This document shows, one piece after another, positions 42,946-53,196 of a DNA stretch of 64,000 nt. The stretch comes from Gemmatimonadaceae bacterium (lineage in GTDB: Bacteria; Gemmatimonadota; Gemmatimonadetes; Gemmatimonadales; Gemmatimonadaceae), in NCBI GenBank assembly GCA_044224875.1, contig JBGAJQ010000005.1, positions 78,317 through 142,316 on the forward strand. Direction: 5' to 3'. The notes under the pieces were generated by a model. It was given only the letters and a program-made list of their open reading frames with translations. It had not been told where the DNA came from and ran no database searches. Positions within the stretch are counted from its first letter, which is position 1, and the number at the start of each line of letters is the position of its first letter. The translations under genes were made by a program, and so were the position numbers.

Positions 42946-45249
42946 GTGCCCGCAGATATCGACCTCCCCCCCGCCGTCCTCGCCGCACTAACGCCGAGGT
43001 TCACGCTCGAGCGCCAGATCGGCGCTGGAGGCATGGCGACCGTCTTTCTCGCCCGTGACGAGCGGAACGACCGGCCAGTAGCGCTCAAGGTATTGCGGGG
43101 CGGCTCCGAGCTTCCCGCGGATGTGGAACGCTTCGAACGGGAGATCAAGCTGCTCGCCCGGCTGCAGCACCCGCTCATCTTGCCGCTGCATGACTCGGGG
43201 GTCGCGGCCGACGCGCTCTACTTCGTCATGCCCTTTGTCGACGGAGAGTCGCTGAGGGATCGTATGGCGCGCGAAGGTCAGATGCCGATCGACGAGGCGC
43301 TGCGCCTGACGATTGAAGTGGCCGACGCCCTCGCGTACGCACACGCTCAGGGGGTCGTGCACCGCGACATCAAGCCGGAAAACGTCATGATCTGGCGTGG
43401 CCACGCGGTCGTTTGCGACTTTGGCATCGCGTCCCTCGTGCAGGCGGCGGCCGCCGACGAGCGCCTAACGCAAGCAGGCCATTGGTTAGGCACGCCCGGC
43501 TACATGAGCCCCGAACAGGCGGCCGGCGAGCACGACATCGGTCCGGCGTCGGACCAGTACAGCCTGGCACTGCTCCTGTACGAGATGCTCTCCGGAAGCC
43601 CAGCGTATGCCGGCACGCTCCGATCGATCCTGGCGCGCCAGATCACCGAGCTGCCTCCACCGATAGCTGCGCGACGCACCGATGTCCCCAAAGCGCTGGC
43701 AACTACACTGGAACGCGCCCTCGCCAAGTCTCCGGAGAATCGCTGGCCCTCAACGGTGAGCTTTGGCGAGGCCTTGCGCGCTTCGACCGGCGGAGCGACA
43801 CCTGCCGCTCCGGCGCCGGAATCGGCGGACGCCCGCGTGTCGCTGGCGATCCTCCCCTTCGCCAACGTCGGCGGTGACAATGCAAACGAGTTCTTCAGCG
43901 ACGGCATCACGGACGAGCTGATTGGCTCGCTCGCCCGCATCCCGCGCCTTCGCGTGGTCTCGCGCACGTCCGCGTTTGCCTTTCGCACGCGGGAGATGCC
44001 TCTGCCCGAGATTGGCGCGCGCTTGCGCGTTGGTTACGTCCTGACTGGGAGTGTCCGACGCGCCGGCGACCAGTTGCGGCTGTCGGCTCAGCTGTCGCGC
44101 GTGGCGGATGACACCCTGCTGTGGTCCGAGACGTACCAGCGAGAGGTCGCTGATGTCTTCCACGTACAGGATGAGCTGTCGCGACGCATCACGGCAACCG
44201 TCCGCGATGCCTTGGGCACGTTCGGCACGGTGACCCCGGCCCGTGTGCATCCCGCACGTAGCGTGACGGCGTACGACCAGTATCTGCTCGGCCGGTACGC
44301 GTGGAACAAACGCACCGCTTCCTCGCTGCGGGAGGGCTTGGAGTGCTTTCAGCGCGCCATCGAGGCGGACCCCGAGTATGCGCCGGCTTACGCCGGCCTG
44401 GCGGATTCGCACGCACTCATGGCTTCCAGCAACGTTGCCCGTCCCCTCGACGCCTACCCGCAGGCGCGTGCGGCCGCGCTTCGCGCAATTGAGCTGGATC
44501 CGGACCTCGCCGAAGGCCACGCCTCGCTCGGACTCGTTAAGCTGAATTTCGACTGGGACTGGGACGCCGCCGAACGAGAGCTGCAACGGGCCATCGAGCT
44601 CAATCCCAGCTATTCAACCGCTCGGCAATGGTACTCGAGCTATTTGTCGAGCATGGGACGGCATGAGGAAGCGATCACGTGTGCGCAGCAGGCGGCGGCA
44701 CTCGACCCGTTCTCGATTGTCGCAACCATTCGCGTCGGCATCGCCTACTCGTTCGCGCAGCAACATGAGCAAGCGGCTGCACAACTGGAGCGGGCCTTGG
44801 CCATGGAGCCAGGCTTCATCCACGTGCACAGCTGGCTCGCCAACGCCTACCAAGGGCTGGGCCGTCACGAGGACGCCATCCGGATCGCCGAGGAGGCGCA
44901 TGCCGTCAGCAAGAACTCGGCGGCATTCCGCGGTTTGCTCGCCGCCACGTACCGCGGTGCCGGTCGCCTCGATGAAGCGCGCACCATCATCACGGACCTG
45001 CGGAGCTCACCTGACACGCCGCCGTTCTTCGCAGCGCTTCTGCACCTGCTGCTCGATGAACCCGATCAGGCGCTCGAATGGCTCCACCGCGGAGTGGAAG
45101 AGCGGGGAGACCTGATGCACACCCTGCGCACCAACCCGTTCTTCATGGCCCTCTGGCCCGATCCACGCTTCGCCGCAGTATTGCAGCGTTTGCACCTCGG
45201 ACCGCCTGACATCCGGGCGTCAACGCTCGGCTCCTCCCGATCCCCATAG
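42946..45249 (+). CDS. Ser/Thr kinase with TolB-like N-terminal-type domain and TPRs
   Basis: GAGGMATVF, VALK, HRDIKPEN, DFGIA, GTPGYMSPEQ; SLAILPF.N...FFSDGITDELI; TPRs. Start GTG 42946 inferred. Confidence 0.92.
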   Translation: MPADIDLPPAVLAALTPRFTLERQIGAGGMATVFLARDERNDRPVALKVLRGGSELPADVERFEREIKLLARLQHPLILPLHDSGVAADALYFVMPFVDGESLRDRMAREGQMPIDEALRLTIEVADALAYAHAQGVVHRDIKPENVMIWRGHAVVCDFGIASLVQAAAADERLTQAGHWLGTPGYMSPEQAAGEHDIGPASDQYSLALLLYEMLSGSPAYAGTLRSILARQITELPPPIAARRTDVPKALATTLERALAKSPENRWPSTVSFGEALRASTGGATPAAPAPESADARVSLAILPFANVGGDNANEFFSDGITDELIGSLARIPRLRVVSRTSAFAFRTREMPLPEIGARLRVGYVLTGSVRRAGDQLRLSAQLSRVADDTLLWSETYQREVADVFHVQDELSRRITATVRDALGTFGTVTPARVHPARSVTAYDQYLLGRYAWNKRTASSLREGLECFQRAIEADPEYAPAYAGLADSHALMASSNVARPLDAYPQARAAALRAIELDPDLAEGHASLGLVKLNFDWDWDAAERELQRAIELNPSYSTARQWYSSYLSSMGRHEEAITCAQQAAALDPFSIVATIRVGIAYSFAQQHEQAAAQLERALAMEPGFIHVHSWLANAYQGLGRHEDAIRIAEEAHAVSKNSAAFRGLLAATYRGAGRLDEARTIITDLRSSPDTPPFFAALLHLLLDEPDQALEWLHRGVEERGDLMHTLRTNPFFMALWPDPRFAAVLQRLHLGPPDIRASTLGSSRSP

Positions 45250-45296
45250 CCGGCGCGCAACCGAGCGCCCTGGCATTCAATGGAGGTTGAGTTCCG

Positions 45297-46565
45297 ATGA
45301 CGAACGACAGCTTCTCGTACAAGGATCTGTTCGCGTTCGATGACAATGGCGTTCCCCCGGTCATTCGCGATTGCTTCATCGGTCTCATCGCACCGTTCGA
45401 GGAACTCTTCGACGGCGGTCGCGTTCCCGCTCGTTCCTCGAGCGCGTTCGCGTCCAATCGGGACTTCACGCGCGAGCCGACGTATCCGTCGCTGCACGAT
45501 TTCAAGAAGGATTGGCTGGAGTGGATCTACCTCGAGCTCAAAGTGAGACTCAACTGCGGGGTGCGTTACTACAACTTTCGCGGCGAAGTGCTCTCACCCG
45601 AGAATGCGAATCGGACACCCATCATACTCTTCCTGAGAAAGTTCCGCCGTGTCGATACTGGCCTGAGCGCCTTCATGGGCGAAGATCCCGGCGTCGTCAT
45701 TCGGCAGATGGGCGCACTCCAGTCAGCCGTCAGCTTCGACGTGGACACCACACTCCGAGGCGAGATCGAGCGCAAGTTCCCATCCTATCCCGTCATGTGG
45801 ATCGCGAACCCCACCGACGCGCTCTCATTCAGCGGCTACCTGACTCACGACGCGTCTGCCGGCGGATACGAACTCAATGAAAATTCGTACCCCTATCTCC
45901 TGACACCGATGTGGAATCAAATCCAACGGTGGCAGGAGTCTGCGGAGCACCTCATCAGGGCCAGCGACGCGATTGTATTCGCCAACACGAGTACGGAAGG
46001 GGGACTTCGCGAGGAGCAAGACCTGCTCTACGCCGCGAACGCGATCGAGCGGACATTCGTGACGAACCCGGAAAATCTCGAAAGCGCCGCGGGAGGTTTC
46101 CGTCGAGTAGATGAACTCACTGAGGAGGTGCTCGGGACGCTGACTGGTGCCGACGGCTCCAACATCGAGCAACTCGGCGGGTGGGGACACTGGGCCGGAT
46201 TCAAGTCGCTGGAGTACGCCCACCAGTACTTCGCCGCGATCGATGACCAGTGGGGACGAGCGCTGGACTCCGGCCAGGATGTGTCGCCCGGCTATTTCGC
46301 CGCGCTGTTTACCGCGCTCATTGCCCTGCTGCTCTTTCGCGGCGATTTGAAGGCGGCGGGCGATCTGACCATGAGTCTCGCGGCTATGATTGACGCGCGA
46401 ATGAAGGGTGAGGAGGTACCGTACCTCAAGGGTGCCGGTGCGTTTCACCCGCAGGACATGAAGGCACTTCCAGTCCTGGTAGGGACGGCGCGTTGGTATC
46501 GCGAGCGTAGTGACGTGTACAGGACCGTTGTGGGCTTTGCTGCATTGGACGCGAAGAAGAAGTAG
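45297..46565 (+). CDS. Hypothetical protein with TIR/nucleoside-deoxyribosyltransferase-like pattern
   Basis: GGAGG RBS; IILFLRKF...PVMWIANP...RWQESAEHLIRASDAIVF...TEGGLREE. The domain call is tentative. Confidence 0.6.
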   Translation: MTNDSFSYKDLFAFDDNGVPPVIRDCFIGLIAPFEELFDGGRVPARSSSAFASNRDFTREPTYPSLHDFKKDWLEWIYLELKVRLNCGVRYYNFRGEVLSPENANRTPIILFLRKFRRVDTGLSAFMGEDPGVVIRQMGALQSAVSFDVDTTLRGEIERKFPSYPVMWIANPTDALSFSGYLTHDASAGGYELNENSYPYLLTPMWNQIQRWQESAEHLIRASDAIVFANTSTEGGLREEQDLLYAANAIERTFVTNPENLESAAGGFRRVDELTEEVLGTLTGADGSNIEQLGGWGHWAGFKSLEYAHQYFAAIDDQWGRALDSGQDVSPGYFAALFTALIALLLFRGDLKAAGDLTMSLAAMIDARMKGEEVPYLKGAGAFHPQDMKALPVLVGTARWYRERSDVYRTVVGFAALDAKKK

Positions 46566-46721
46566 CGTCGAAGATTGCGGGTCCTCCGCTCGGTCCGACG
46601 CCTGTCGGTCCATCCCCCGATCTCGCGACGGCGTCCCGTTCGGCCAAGGCGATGCACAACACGGACAACCCGCGAGTGCGCCTGACGCACGCACAGCCGC
46701 CGGCGCGCTATACCCGAACGA

Positions 46722-46880
46722 CTACATCGCCGATCCGATCAAACCCCGTCGCTGCCGCAAGAAGTTGGTTCGCTTCTCCATTGGCAGTGCCAGCAACCGA
46801 CGGATCTGCTCGACGAGGGCTCGATCTGATTCTCGTCGTAGCGCCGACCTTGGTCGTCGCTTCCGCTTATTTCTTTTCAC
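46722..46880 (-). CDS. Small basic 52-aa protein, putative partner of the nucleotidyltransferase
   Basis: Too short for the ORF track. GTG 46880 overlaps the NTase 3' end; translates MKRNKRKRRPRSALRRESDRALVEQIRRLLALPMEKRTNFLRQRRGLIGSAM*. Confidence 0.6.
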   Translation of the reverse strand: MKRNKRKRRPRSALRRESDRALVEQIRRLLALPMEKRTNFLRQRRGLIGSAM

Positions 46881-47325
46881 GTAGGGTCCTCCTTAAGATC
46901 GGAAGCACCGCACGGTCCTGAGGTCGGTCCGCTGCGACCTTGCTCCGGATGATGTCCTCCAGTGCCGCAACTCGAAGCAGCCCGCTTCCGAACGCAATCG
47001 ACGTTGCGCGCGCTCTCAGGGCCTCATACCGGCGAATACCATCCACCTTGGCCATGAAGTCGAGCTGCAACCCATCTCGATCGCGAACGACTCGATAGAG
47101 CTCCGATGCGGGGTAATACGGTCTGAGAACGACAGCGTTGAGGTCATCCGCCACCTTTCGAAGCTTGGCGAGACTGCGTGCCGTTTTCCGGAACATGAAG
47201 TCCAGGTCGACGGTGGACACCGGTGAACCCTGAAGGGCTGCGGCCGCATTGCCGATCAGCACAGCATCGAGCCGGTGCTTCGTGAGCAAATCTGCGACAA
47301 TCGTAAGGAGTGGCTCGGCAGTCAT
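46867..47325 (-). CDS. Stand-alone nucleotidyltransferase-fold protein
   Basis: VLIGNAAAALQG.P..TVDLD (G + DxD), LQLDFM, LEDIIRSK.AA.RPQD. Confidence 0.8.
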   Translation of the reverse strand: MTAEPLLTIVADLLTKHRLDAVLIGNAAAALQGSPVSTVDLDFMFRKTARSLAKLRKVADDLNAVVLRPYYPASELYRVVRDRDGLQLDFMAKVDGIRRYEALRARATSIAFGSGLLRVAALEDIIRSKVAADRPQDRAVLPILRRTLREKK

Positions 47326-47447
47326 TCCCCGTAATCTACAGGACGTCGGCGAGCATTTCACCCGATGCAAGACGCGGCCCGCGTGAATCGGCTCGCCTCC
47401 GCCAAGGCACCCTCAAGTCGCCTTCCACCGAGGTAACGTGAACCTCG

Positions 47448-50093
47448 TCAGTCGCTCCGCAGCACCGTCACCGGATCCGCCGACGCAGCGCGACGTGAGG
47501 GCACATAACTCGCCACCGCCGTCACGACCGCCAGGAAAACCGCCACTCCCGCGAACGTGAAGATGTCATACGGCTCGATCCCGAAGAGATAGGGCCGCAT
47601 CAGCTGTCCGAACCACGCGGCCAGCGGAATCCCGAACGCCACACCAATCACCACCCCCTGCATGGCGTCTGCCAGGAAGAGTCGAGTGAGGGCGGTATCC
47701 GTGCTGCCGAGCGCCAGGCGAATCCCCGCCTCGCGCAACCGCCCCAGGGCTGCACGAGCGCTCACGCCGTACATTCCCACGGCCGCCAGCAGCACCGCCA
47801 TCGCCGCAAAGGCACCAACGAGTACGGTGCGGTACCGCTCGGGTCCATACGATGCCGCAATGAGCACTGGCAGTTCATTCACCTGCGTCACCACGGCCTC
47901 GGGCTCGACTTCCCGCAGCGCCGCGCGAATGCTCGTTAGGCCCAGTGAAGTCAGGCCGGCACCGGGCTGCCCCCGCAGTACGAACGCGCTGAGGCCTGGG
48001 TACTGGTCCAGCGGCACGTAGATCATGGCCTCGTTGGGTTTGGCCAAGCCACGGTACTTCACGTCAGCCACCACGCCAACGATGCGCCGCCATACGTTCT
48101 GGTGTTTGACCCGACGACCCACCGCGGATGTGGATCCGAAGTCACGCTGCACCTCGGCTTCGCTTACGATCGCCACGGGTTCGCTGCCTGCCCGGTCGCC
48201 TTCATCGAAGAAGCGACCGGTTACGAGGCGAATACCCATCGCCGCGAAGTACCCGGGCGCGACGTAGGACTGCTGCGTATGAACGCCAGCGGGGTCCGCC
48301 GGAGTGGTACCCTCCGCCAGAACGGGCGAGCTGCTGCCACCCGAAGCAAAGGGGGCACGAGACGTGGCGGCGGCCTGCGACACGCCGGGAATGGCTAGCA
48401 GACGCGTGGTGGCATCTCGCGCGAAACGCCGAGCGGCCTGCTCGTCGTCATATCGGCGCGGGAGCTCAATCTGCGCGACGACGACGTCGGCTCCACGAAA
48501 GCCCGGATCTACCGCCGTCAGCCTCAGTAGGCTGCGCGCCAGCAGCGCACCTTCGCTCAACAGGACTGCTGACAGCGCCAGCTGCAAGGCCACCAACGAA
48601 CGTTGCAGCACACGACTGCGTCGTCCGCTTTGCCCTTGCCCAACCCGCACCCACACCGACGCGTCAACGTGCGCTGCGGAGTGTCCAGGCAGCAGGCCGA
48701 ACGAGATGCCAGTCCCTGCCGATATGAGAACCGCGAACAGCAAGACTCGAACGTTCATCCCGACGTCGTCGATCCCCGGAAGGCGCGCAGGCGCCATCGC
48801 AATGAGCCCACGTGTGAACGCCCACGCCAACGCGCTTCCGATAAGTGCGCCGCCCAATGCTATGACGACGCTTTCCGTCAACAGCTGCCGTACGAGTCGG
48901 CGCTGGCCGGCGCCCAAGGCGGCTCGGGACGCCAGTTCACGCGAGCGGTTCGCGGTCTCGCCCAACATCAACATGGCGACGTTCACGCAGGCGATCACGA
49001 GCAGGAGAGACACGGCTCCCAACAGCACAAACAGTGCGCCGCGAGAGTCGCGGGTAGCGTCCACCTGCCACTCCTCTACCCGAGCACCGACGGTACTATC
49101 GCCCACGACGGCGCGGAGTATGCGACTCAACTCGGTAGATGCGCTGGCAAACGTTGCTCCTGGCGAAAGACGCGCCAATCCCTGGTATCCACGGTTGTGT
49201 CGCTCGATCAGGTCAAACGAGTCGCGCAGGGCAGGAACCCACATCACCGGGACATCCTGCGCTCGATCCAACCGAACCCCGCGGGGAAGCACCCCGACGA
49301 TCGTATAGGGAGTCTCGCCAAGCGTTACCGCATGCCCAACGACGCTCGAGTCGCCAGCGAACCTCGACTGCCACGCCTCCCAACTCAGTACGGCTATCGC
49401 TGGCCCATTCAGCACGTCTTCGCCTTTCACGAATGAGCGACCCAGCGCCATGCGAAGACGCAGTGTGCCGAATATGCTGGAAGTGACGCTTGTGACGGGG
49501 ATGCGTTCCACCCCGGCATCGCCACGCAGGAAGGCGGCGCCCGTGCTCCACATGGCGAGATCGCGCACCGTCTTGGTCTCGGCGCGGATCGCCGAGTACT
49601 CCTCGTTACCTAGCGGCGTTGCCTCAGCGAAAGCGGCGATGGCCGGATTCTTGGCAAACTCTGGTTGGCGGATCCATACCGCGGCTAAACGATCGGGTTC
49701 ACTGTACGGCAGCGGACGGAGCAGCACGCCGTCCACGACGCTGTAAATCGACGTAGCCGCACCGATCCCTATCGACAGCGTCGCGATCGCGAGCACCGCA
49801 AACCCTCGTCGACGCGATAGCATGCGGAACGCGAATCGCACGTCCTGCGCGAGCTCGGCGAGCAGGAGGGAGCGTTGCTGCTGCCGCGTCGTCACCTGAT
49901 CGAGTCGGCGGCACTCCGCGCTAAGACGCTGCAGATCTCCGAATGACGCTTCGGCTTGGCGCCGCGCCTCGGCGGGTGTCATCCCGCGCTGGACGAGGTC
50001 CCGCGTGTGCATCTCGATATGAAAGGCTAGCTCCGCCTCAACGCGTGCTCGTGGATTCGGCGGAACGATGCGCTCTCTGGTGTCGTCACTCAT
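47448..50093 (-). CDS. ADOP-type duplicated ABC permease (MacB/FtsX-like)
   Basis: ELAFHIEM...FGD, QDVRFAFR, IYSVVDGVLLRPLPY, LLVIACVNVA, RAALGA..RRLVRQLLTES, DPGF, EAGIRLALG. ATGA-coupled to PadR. Confidence 0.92.
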   Translation of the reverse strand: MSDDTRERIVPPNPRARVEAELAFHIEMHTRDLVQRGMTPAEARRQAEASFGDLQRLSAECRRLDQVTTRQQQRSLLLAELAQDVRFAFRMLSRRRGFAVLAIATLSIGIGAATSIYSVVDGVLLRPLPYSEPDRLAAVWIRQPEFAKNPAIAAFAEATPLGNEEYSAIRAETKTVRDLAMWSTGAAFLRGDAGVERIPVTSVTSSIFGTLRLRMALGRSFVKGEDVLNGPAIAVLSWEAWQSRFAGDSSVVGHAVTLGETPYTIVGVLPRGVRLDRAQDVPVMWVPALRDSFDLIERHNRGYQGLARLSPGATFASASTELSRILRAVVGDSTVGARVEEWQVDATRDSRGALFVLLGAVSLLLVIACVNVAMLMLGETANRSRELASRAALGAGQRRLVRQLLTESVVIALGGALIGSALAWAFTRGLIAMAPARLPGIDDVGMNVRVLLFAVLISAGTGISFGLLPGHSAAHVDASVWVRVGQGQSGRRSRVLQRSLVALQLALSAVLLSEGALLARSLLRLTAVDPGFRGADVVVAQIELPRRYDDEQAARRFARDATTRLLAIPGVSQAAATSRAPFASGGSSSPVLAEGTTPADPAGVHTQQSYVAPGYFAAMGIRLVTGRFFDEGDRAGSEPVAIVSEAEVQRDFGSTSAVGRRVKHQNVWRRIVGVVADVKYRGLAKPNEAMIYVPLDQYPGLSAFVLRGQPGAGLTSLGLTSIRAALREVEPEAVVTQVNELPVLIAASYGPERYRTVLVGAFAAMAVLLAAVGMYGVSARAALGRLREAGIRLALGSTDTALTRLFLADAMQGVVIGVAFGIPLAAWFGQLMRPYLFGIEPYDIFTFAGVAVFLAVVTAVASYVPSRRAASADPVTVLRSD

Positions 50094-50425
50094 GCGTCTG
50101 CCCTCAAGACGCGCGACACCGCGGTCGCAAAGGTCTTCCATTCCGCGGTCTCGGCGGTCAGGTGTCGTCTACCGGCGGCCGTGAGCTCGTAGAACTTCGC
50201 TGGACGTCCCAACTCCGAGGTCCTCCACTTTGCGACAATCCAGTTCCGCTGTTCCATTCGATACAGGGCAGGGTAGAGGGACCCCTCCTCCACACGTAGA
50301 GTCTCACGCGTCGTCACCTGCAACCAGCGGACGATAGCGTAGCCGTGGCGCGGGCCCCATGCCAACGCGCGCAGGACAAGCAATTCCAGCGTTCCGCGGA
50401 GCCGATCGCGTGCACCTTCTGGCAT
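50090..50425 (-). CDS. padR: PadR family transcriptional regulator (Acidobacterial type)
   Basis: GTLELLVL..L..GPRHGYAI...VEEGSLYPALYRME...AKFYELT..GR. Confidence 0.92.
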   Translation of the reverse strand: MPEGARDRLRGTLELLVLRALAWGPRHGYAIVRWLQVTTRETLRVEEGSLYPALYRMEQRNWIVAKWRTSELGRPAKFYELTAAGRRHLTAETAEWKTFATAVSRVLRADA

Positions 50426-50725
50426 TCCGTCCTCGCGAGGCAGGTGTCGTAATACTATTGCTGTCTAGGCTTAAGGGCGTCAAGGGTACGGCCAAATACC
50501 GTCGGTGCCGAGCGCCTCGGACATTGGGGCGCCAGCCAGGTCGGCTTTCGTGTGTCGTCGCAACCGCGGTTCTCTAGCGTCAGGTGCGACACGGCGAGCG
50601 CCTCGCCCCACGCCAGTGGCATTCGAGGCTGCCCGGTGCACATTCTGTAGCGAAAGGAGGGCCTGCAGCCCACCATCACGGGTCGGGTGACCCGCTACGC
50701 CTGAACTACTGCCGAGAACGATTGC

Positions 50726-52237
50726 ATGCCACGTCAGGAAGGGCCGCGCCGTCGTCGCACGCGCCACGACGGCCTGGGACACGACATCCGACTTGTGGAC
50801 ACGCCCGAGTCGGCCAACGTGCCACTCCAGGTCCAGGTTTATCGGCAGCTGCGTGCCCACGCACTCTCCGGGGCGCTCAAGCCGGGCGCTCGCCTGCCGT
50901 CAGCGCGAACACTGGCGCGCGACCTGCGTGTTTCCCGCAACACCGTAGAAGCCGCCTTTGCTCAACTTCAATCCGAGGGTTTCATCACCAGGAAGGTTGG
51001 AGCGGGTACTGTCGTCGCGCTTTCGGCAAAAGACGCGGCGCCGTTTGCTCGGGTCGCTCGCGATGCAAAGGCGACAGGCGCGACGAGCCCAGCGGCAGCA
51101 CTATCGCGGCGCGGCCGGTTGATCACGGATGTTGGAGTTGCCGAGATGGAAACGGAGCGACCAACGGGACCCGGACCCACCGAAGTGCGAGGGTTCCCGA
51201 GCCGCGCTTGGAATACCGCCCTGTCGCGACGCGCGCGAAATGGTGGGCTGGCGACTTTACAATCGGCAGACCCCTTCGGCAATCGCGAGCTGCGCGAGGC
51301 GATCGCCGATCAGGTGCGCCTGACGCGCGGAGTCCAGTGCACGGCGGGGCAGGTCGTGGTCATGAACAGCGCGCAGCAAGCGATTGACCTGGCGGGGAGG
51401 CTGCTGCTGGATCCAGGGCAGGGGGCGGCGATGGAGGAGCCAGGGTACCTGAGTGCACGGGGAGCGTTGCTGGCGGCGGGAGCCGTGGTACATCCGGTGC
51501 CGGTGGACGGTGACGGACTCGTCGTCGAGCGGCTGGCGACGCATCGCGATGTACGACTGGTCTACGTCACGCCGTCACACCAGTACCCGTTAGGCATGAC
51601 CATGTCCCTGTCACGCCGGCTGGCGCTCTTGCAATGGGCGGCAGCGACCGGGGCGTGGATCCTGGAGGACGACTACGATAGCGAGTTCCGCTATGTCGGT
51701 CGGCCAATCGCTGCACTCCACGGACTCGATCGCGCAGGCCGGGTGTTATACATCGGGACTTTCAACAAGGTGCTGTTCCCCGGCGTGCGGCTCGCGTACC
51801 TGGTGGTGCCACCGGAACTGGTCGACTCCTTTGCGGCTGGCCGGCGTCTGACGGATGGATTTTCATCGCCGCTCATGCAGCAAGTGCTGGCCGACTTTCT
51901 CACCGGCGGTCACTTTGCGTCGTATATTCGTCAGGCGCGACAACACTACGAATCGTGCCGTGATGCCTTGGTCAGCAGCATTGAGCGCGACTGGCGAGAG
52001 AACGTGCGTCTGGGCCCTTCCGACACGGGATTGCACCTGGTCACCTACTTCACACGCCGGTTGAACGACGCTCGTGTGGTGGGGTCATCGTTCGTTCGGG
52101 GGCTGAACGTGGCGGCGCTCTCTCGATACTACGTCGGTTCGCGCAAGCAACAGGGTCTTCTGCTGAGCTACGGAGGCTCCACACCGGACTCCATTCGGCG
52201 CGCCGTGGCTGGATTGACGAAGCGCGTCAACGCGTAG
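50726..52237 (+). CDS. MocR/GabR family regulator (GntR HTH plus PLP-dependent aminotransferase domain)
   Basis: RLPSARTLARDLRVSRNTV..AF.QL..EG; YVTPSHQYPLG; EDDYDSEFRY; GTFNK. Confidence 0.93.
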   Translation: MPRQEGPRRRRTRHDGLGHDIRLVDTPESANVPLQVQVYRQLRAHALSGALKPGARLPSARTLARDLRVSRNTVEAAFAQLQSEGFITRKVGAGTVVALSAKDAAPFARVARDAKATGATSPAAALSRRGRLITDVGVAEMETERPTGPGPTEVRGFPSRAWNTALSRRARNGGLATLQSADPFGNRELREAIADQVRLTRGVQCTAGQVVVMNSAQQAIDLAGRLLLDPGQGAAMEEPGYLSARGALLAAGAVVHPVPVDGDGLVVERLATHRDVRLVYVTPSHQYPLGMTMSLSRRLALLQWAAATGAWILEDDYDSEFRYVGRPIAALHGLDRAGRVLYIGTFNKVLFPGVRLAYLVVPPELVDSFAAGRRLTDGFSSPLMQQVLADFLTGGHFASYIRQARQHYESCRDALVSSIERDWRENVRLGPSDTGLHLVTYFTRRLNDARVVGSSFVRGLNVAALSRYYVGSRKQQGLLLSYGGSTPDSIRRAVAGLTKRVNA

Positions 52238-52310
52238 CAGTGCTTGGCCAAGCTCCTGCCGCGGAGTTCGATTCGCTGCCGTTCTCGGAATAGGCGGACC
52301 GGCCACCATG

Positions 52311-52357
52311 AATGGCCCCATCACCTGACGCCAAATGGTGCTTCCGGTGGGGCCGTT
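52311..52357 (+). promoter_or_regulatory. Candidate MocR operator (two direct AATGG boxes plus one inverted box)
   Basis: AATGGCCCC (52311), AATGG (52334) and inverted GGGGCCGTT (52349-52357), between the MocR and DinB-family genes. Confidence 0.45.
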
Positions 52358-52459
52358 ACGAGATCCACCCTTCTCTTGAGGTCGCGTTCGGTGCGACCCG
52401 ACGCGGGTCCGCCGCAGCTGCAGTCCGCGCCGCACGCCATTCTACGCTCGCGACTTTCC

Positions 52460-52996
52460 ATGCCCCGTGAAATCATCGACCGTCCGCGCGCTGACGAGTA
52501 TGCAGCGTACTATGCGCGCTACGTCACGAAGGTACCCGAGGGAAACCTGATCGACATTCTGACCGCTCAGGCCACGACACTGGAACGCTTGCTTCGAAAT
52601 CTCGACGACGCGCGGGCGGGCTTCACCTACGCTCCGGGTAAGTGGACTGTGCGACAAGTCGTTGGGCACTTGATCGACACGGAACGTGTCTTCACCTATC
52701 GCGCGCTGTCGATTGCGCGCGCTGACCCCGCTCGGTTGCCATCCTTCGACCAGGACGCGTGGGAGCCGTACGGAAACTTCAACGCCCGCCCGCTGAACGA
52801 CCTGCTAGACGAGTGGCTCAGCGTACGTGACCACACACTCACACTCGTGGCTGGACTCCCCGAGGACGCGCTCGATCGTCGCGGTATCGCCAGCGACCTC
52901 GAATTCACGGTACGTGCGCTCCTGCACATACCGCCGGGACACATCGCCTATCACTTGGAGATCCTCTACACGCACTATCGGTTCAAGCGCGGTTAG
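52460..52996 (+). CDS. DinB/YfiT-like family protein
   Basis: RP..DEYA.YY..YV, YAPGKWT..QVVGHL.D.ERVF.YRAL..AR, GHIAYH. Confidence 0.88.
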   Translation: MPREIIDRPRADEYAAYYARYVTKVPEGNLIDILTAQATTLERLLRNLDDARAGFTYAPGKWTVRQVVGHLIDTERVFTYRALSIARADPARLPSFDQDAWEPYGNFNARPLNDLLDEWLSVRDHTLTLVAGLPEDALDRRGIASDLEFTVRALLHIPPGHIAYHLEILYTHYRFKRG

Positions 52997-53196
52997 GCGG
53001 CCCGCCTGGCGTGCCGGCTCGCAGCGACGGCGGCCGACAACCGTGTCGAGTGCACGCGCGCGGATTGGCTACGCTGCGCATTCCGAAACTCGCGAGGCAC
53101 GTCCAACTGCTCAGTAGGGGCCGAGCCTATGTTGCACCGGCATCGGCTGGTACGACACAAGTTCGTGGAACGATCATCACACGCAGGAGGGAGCGT

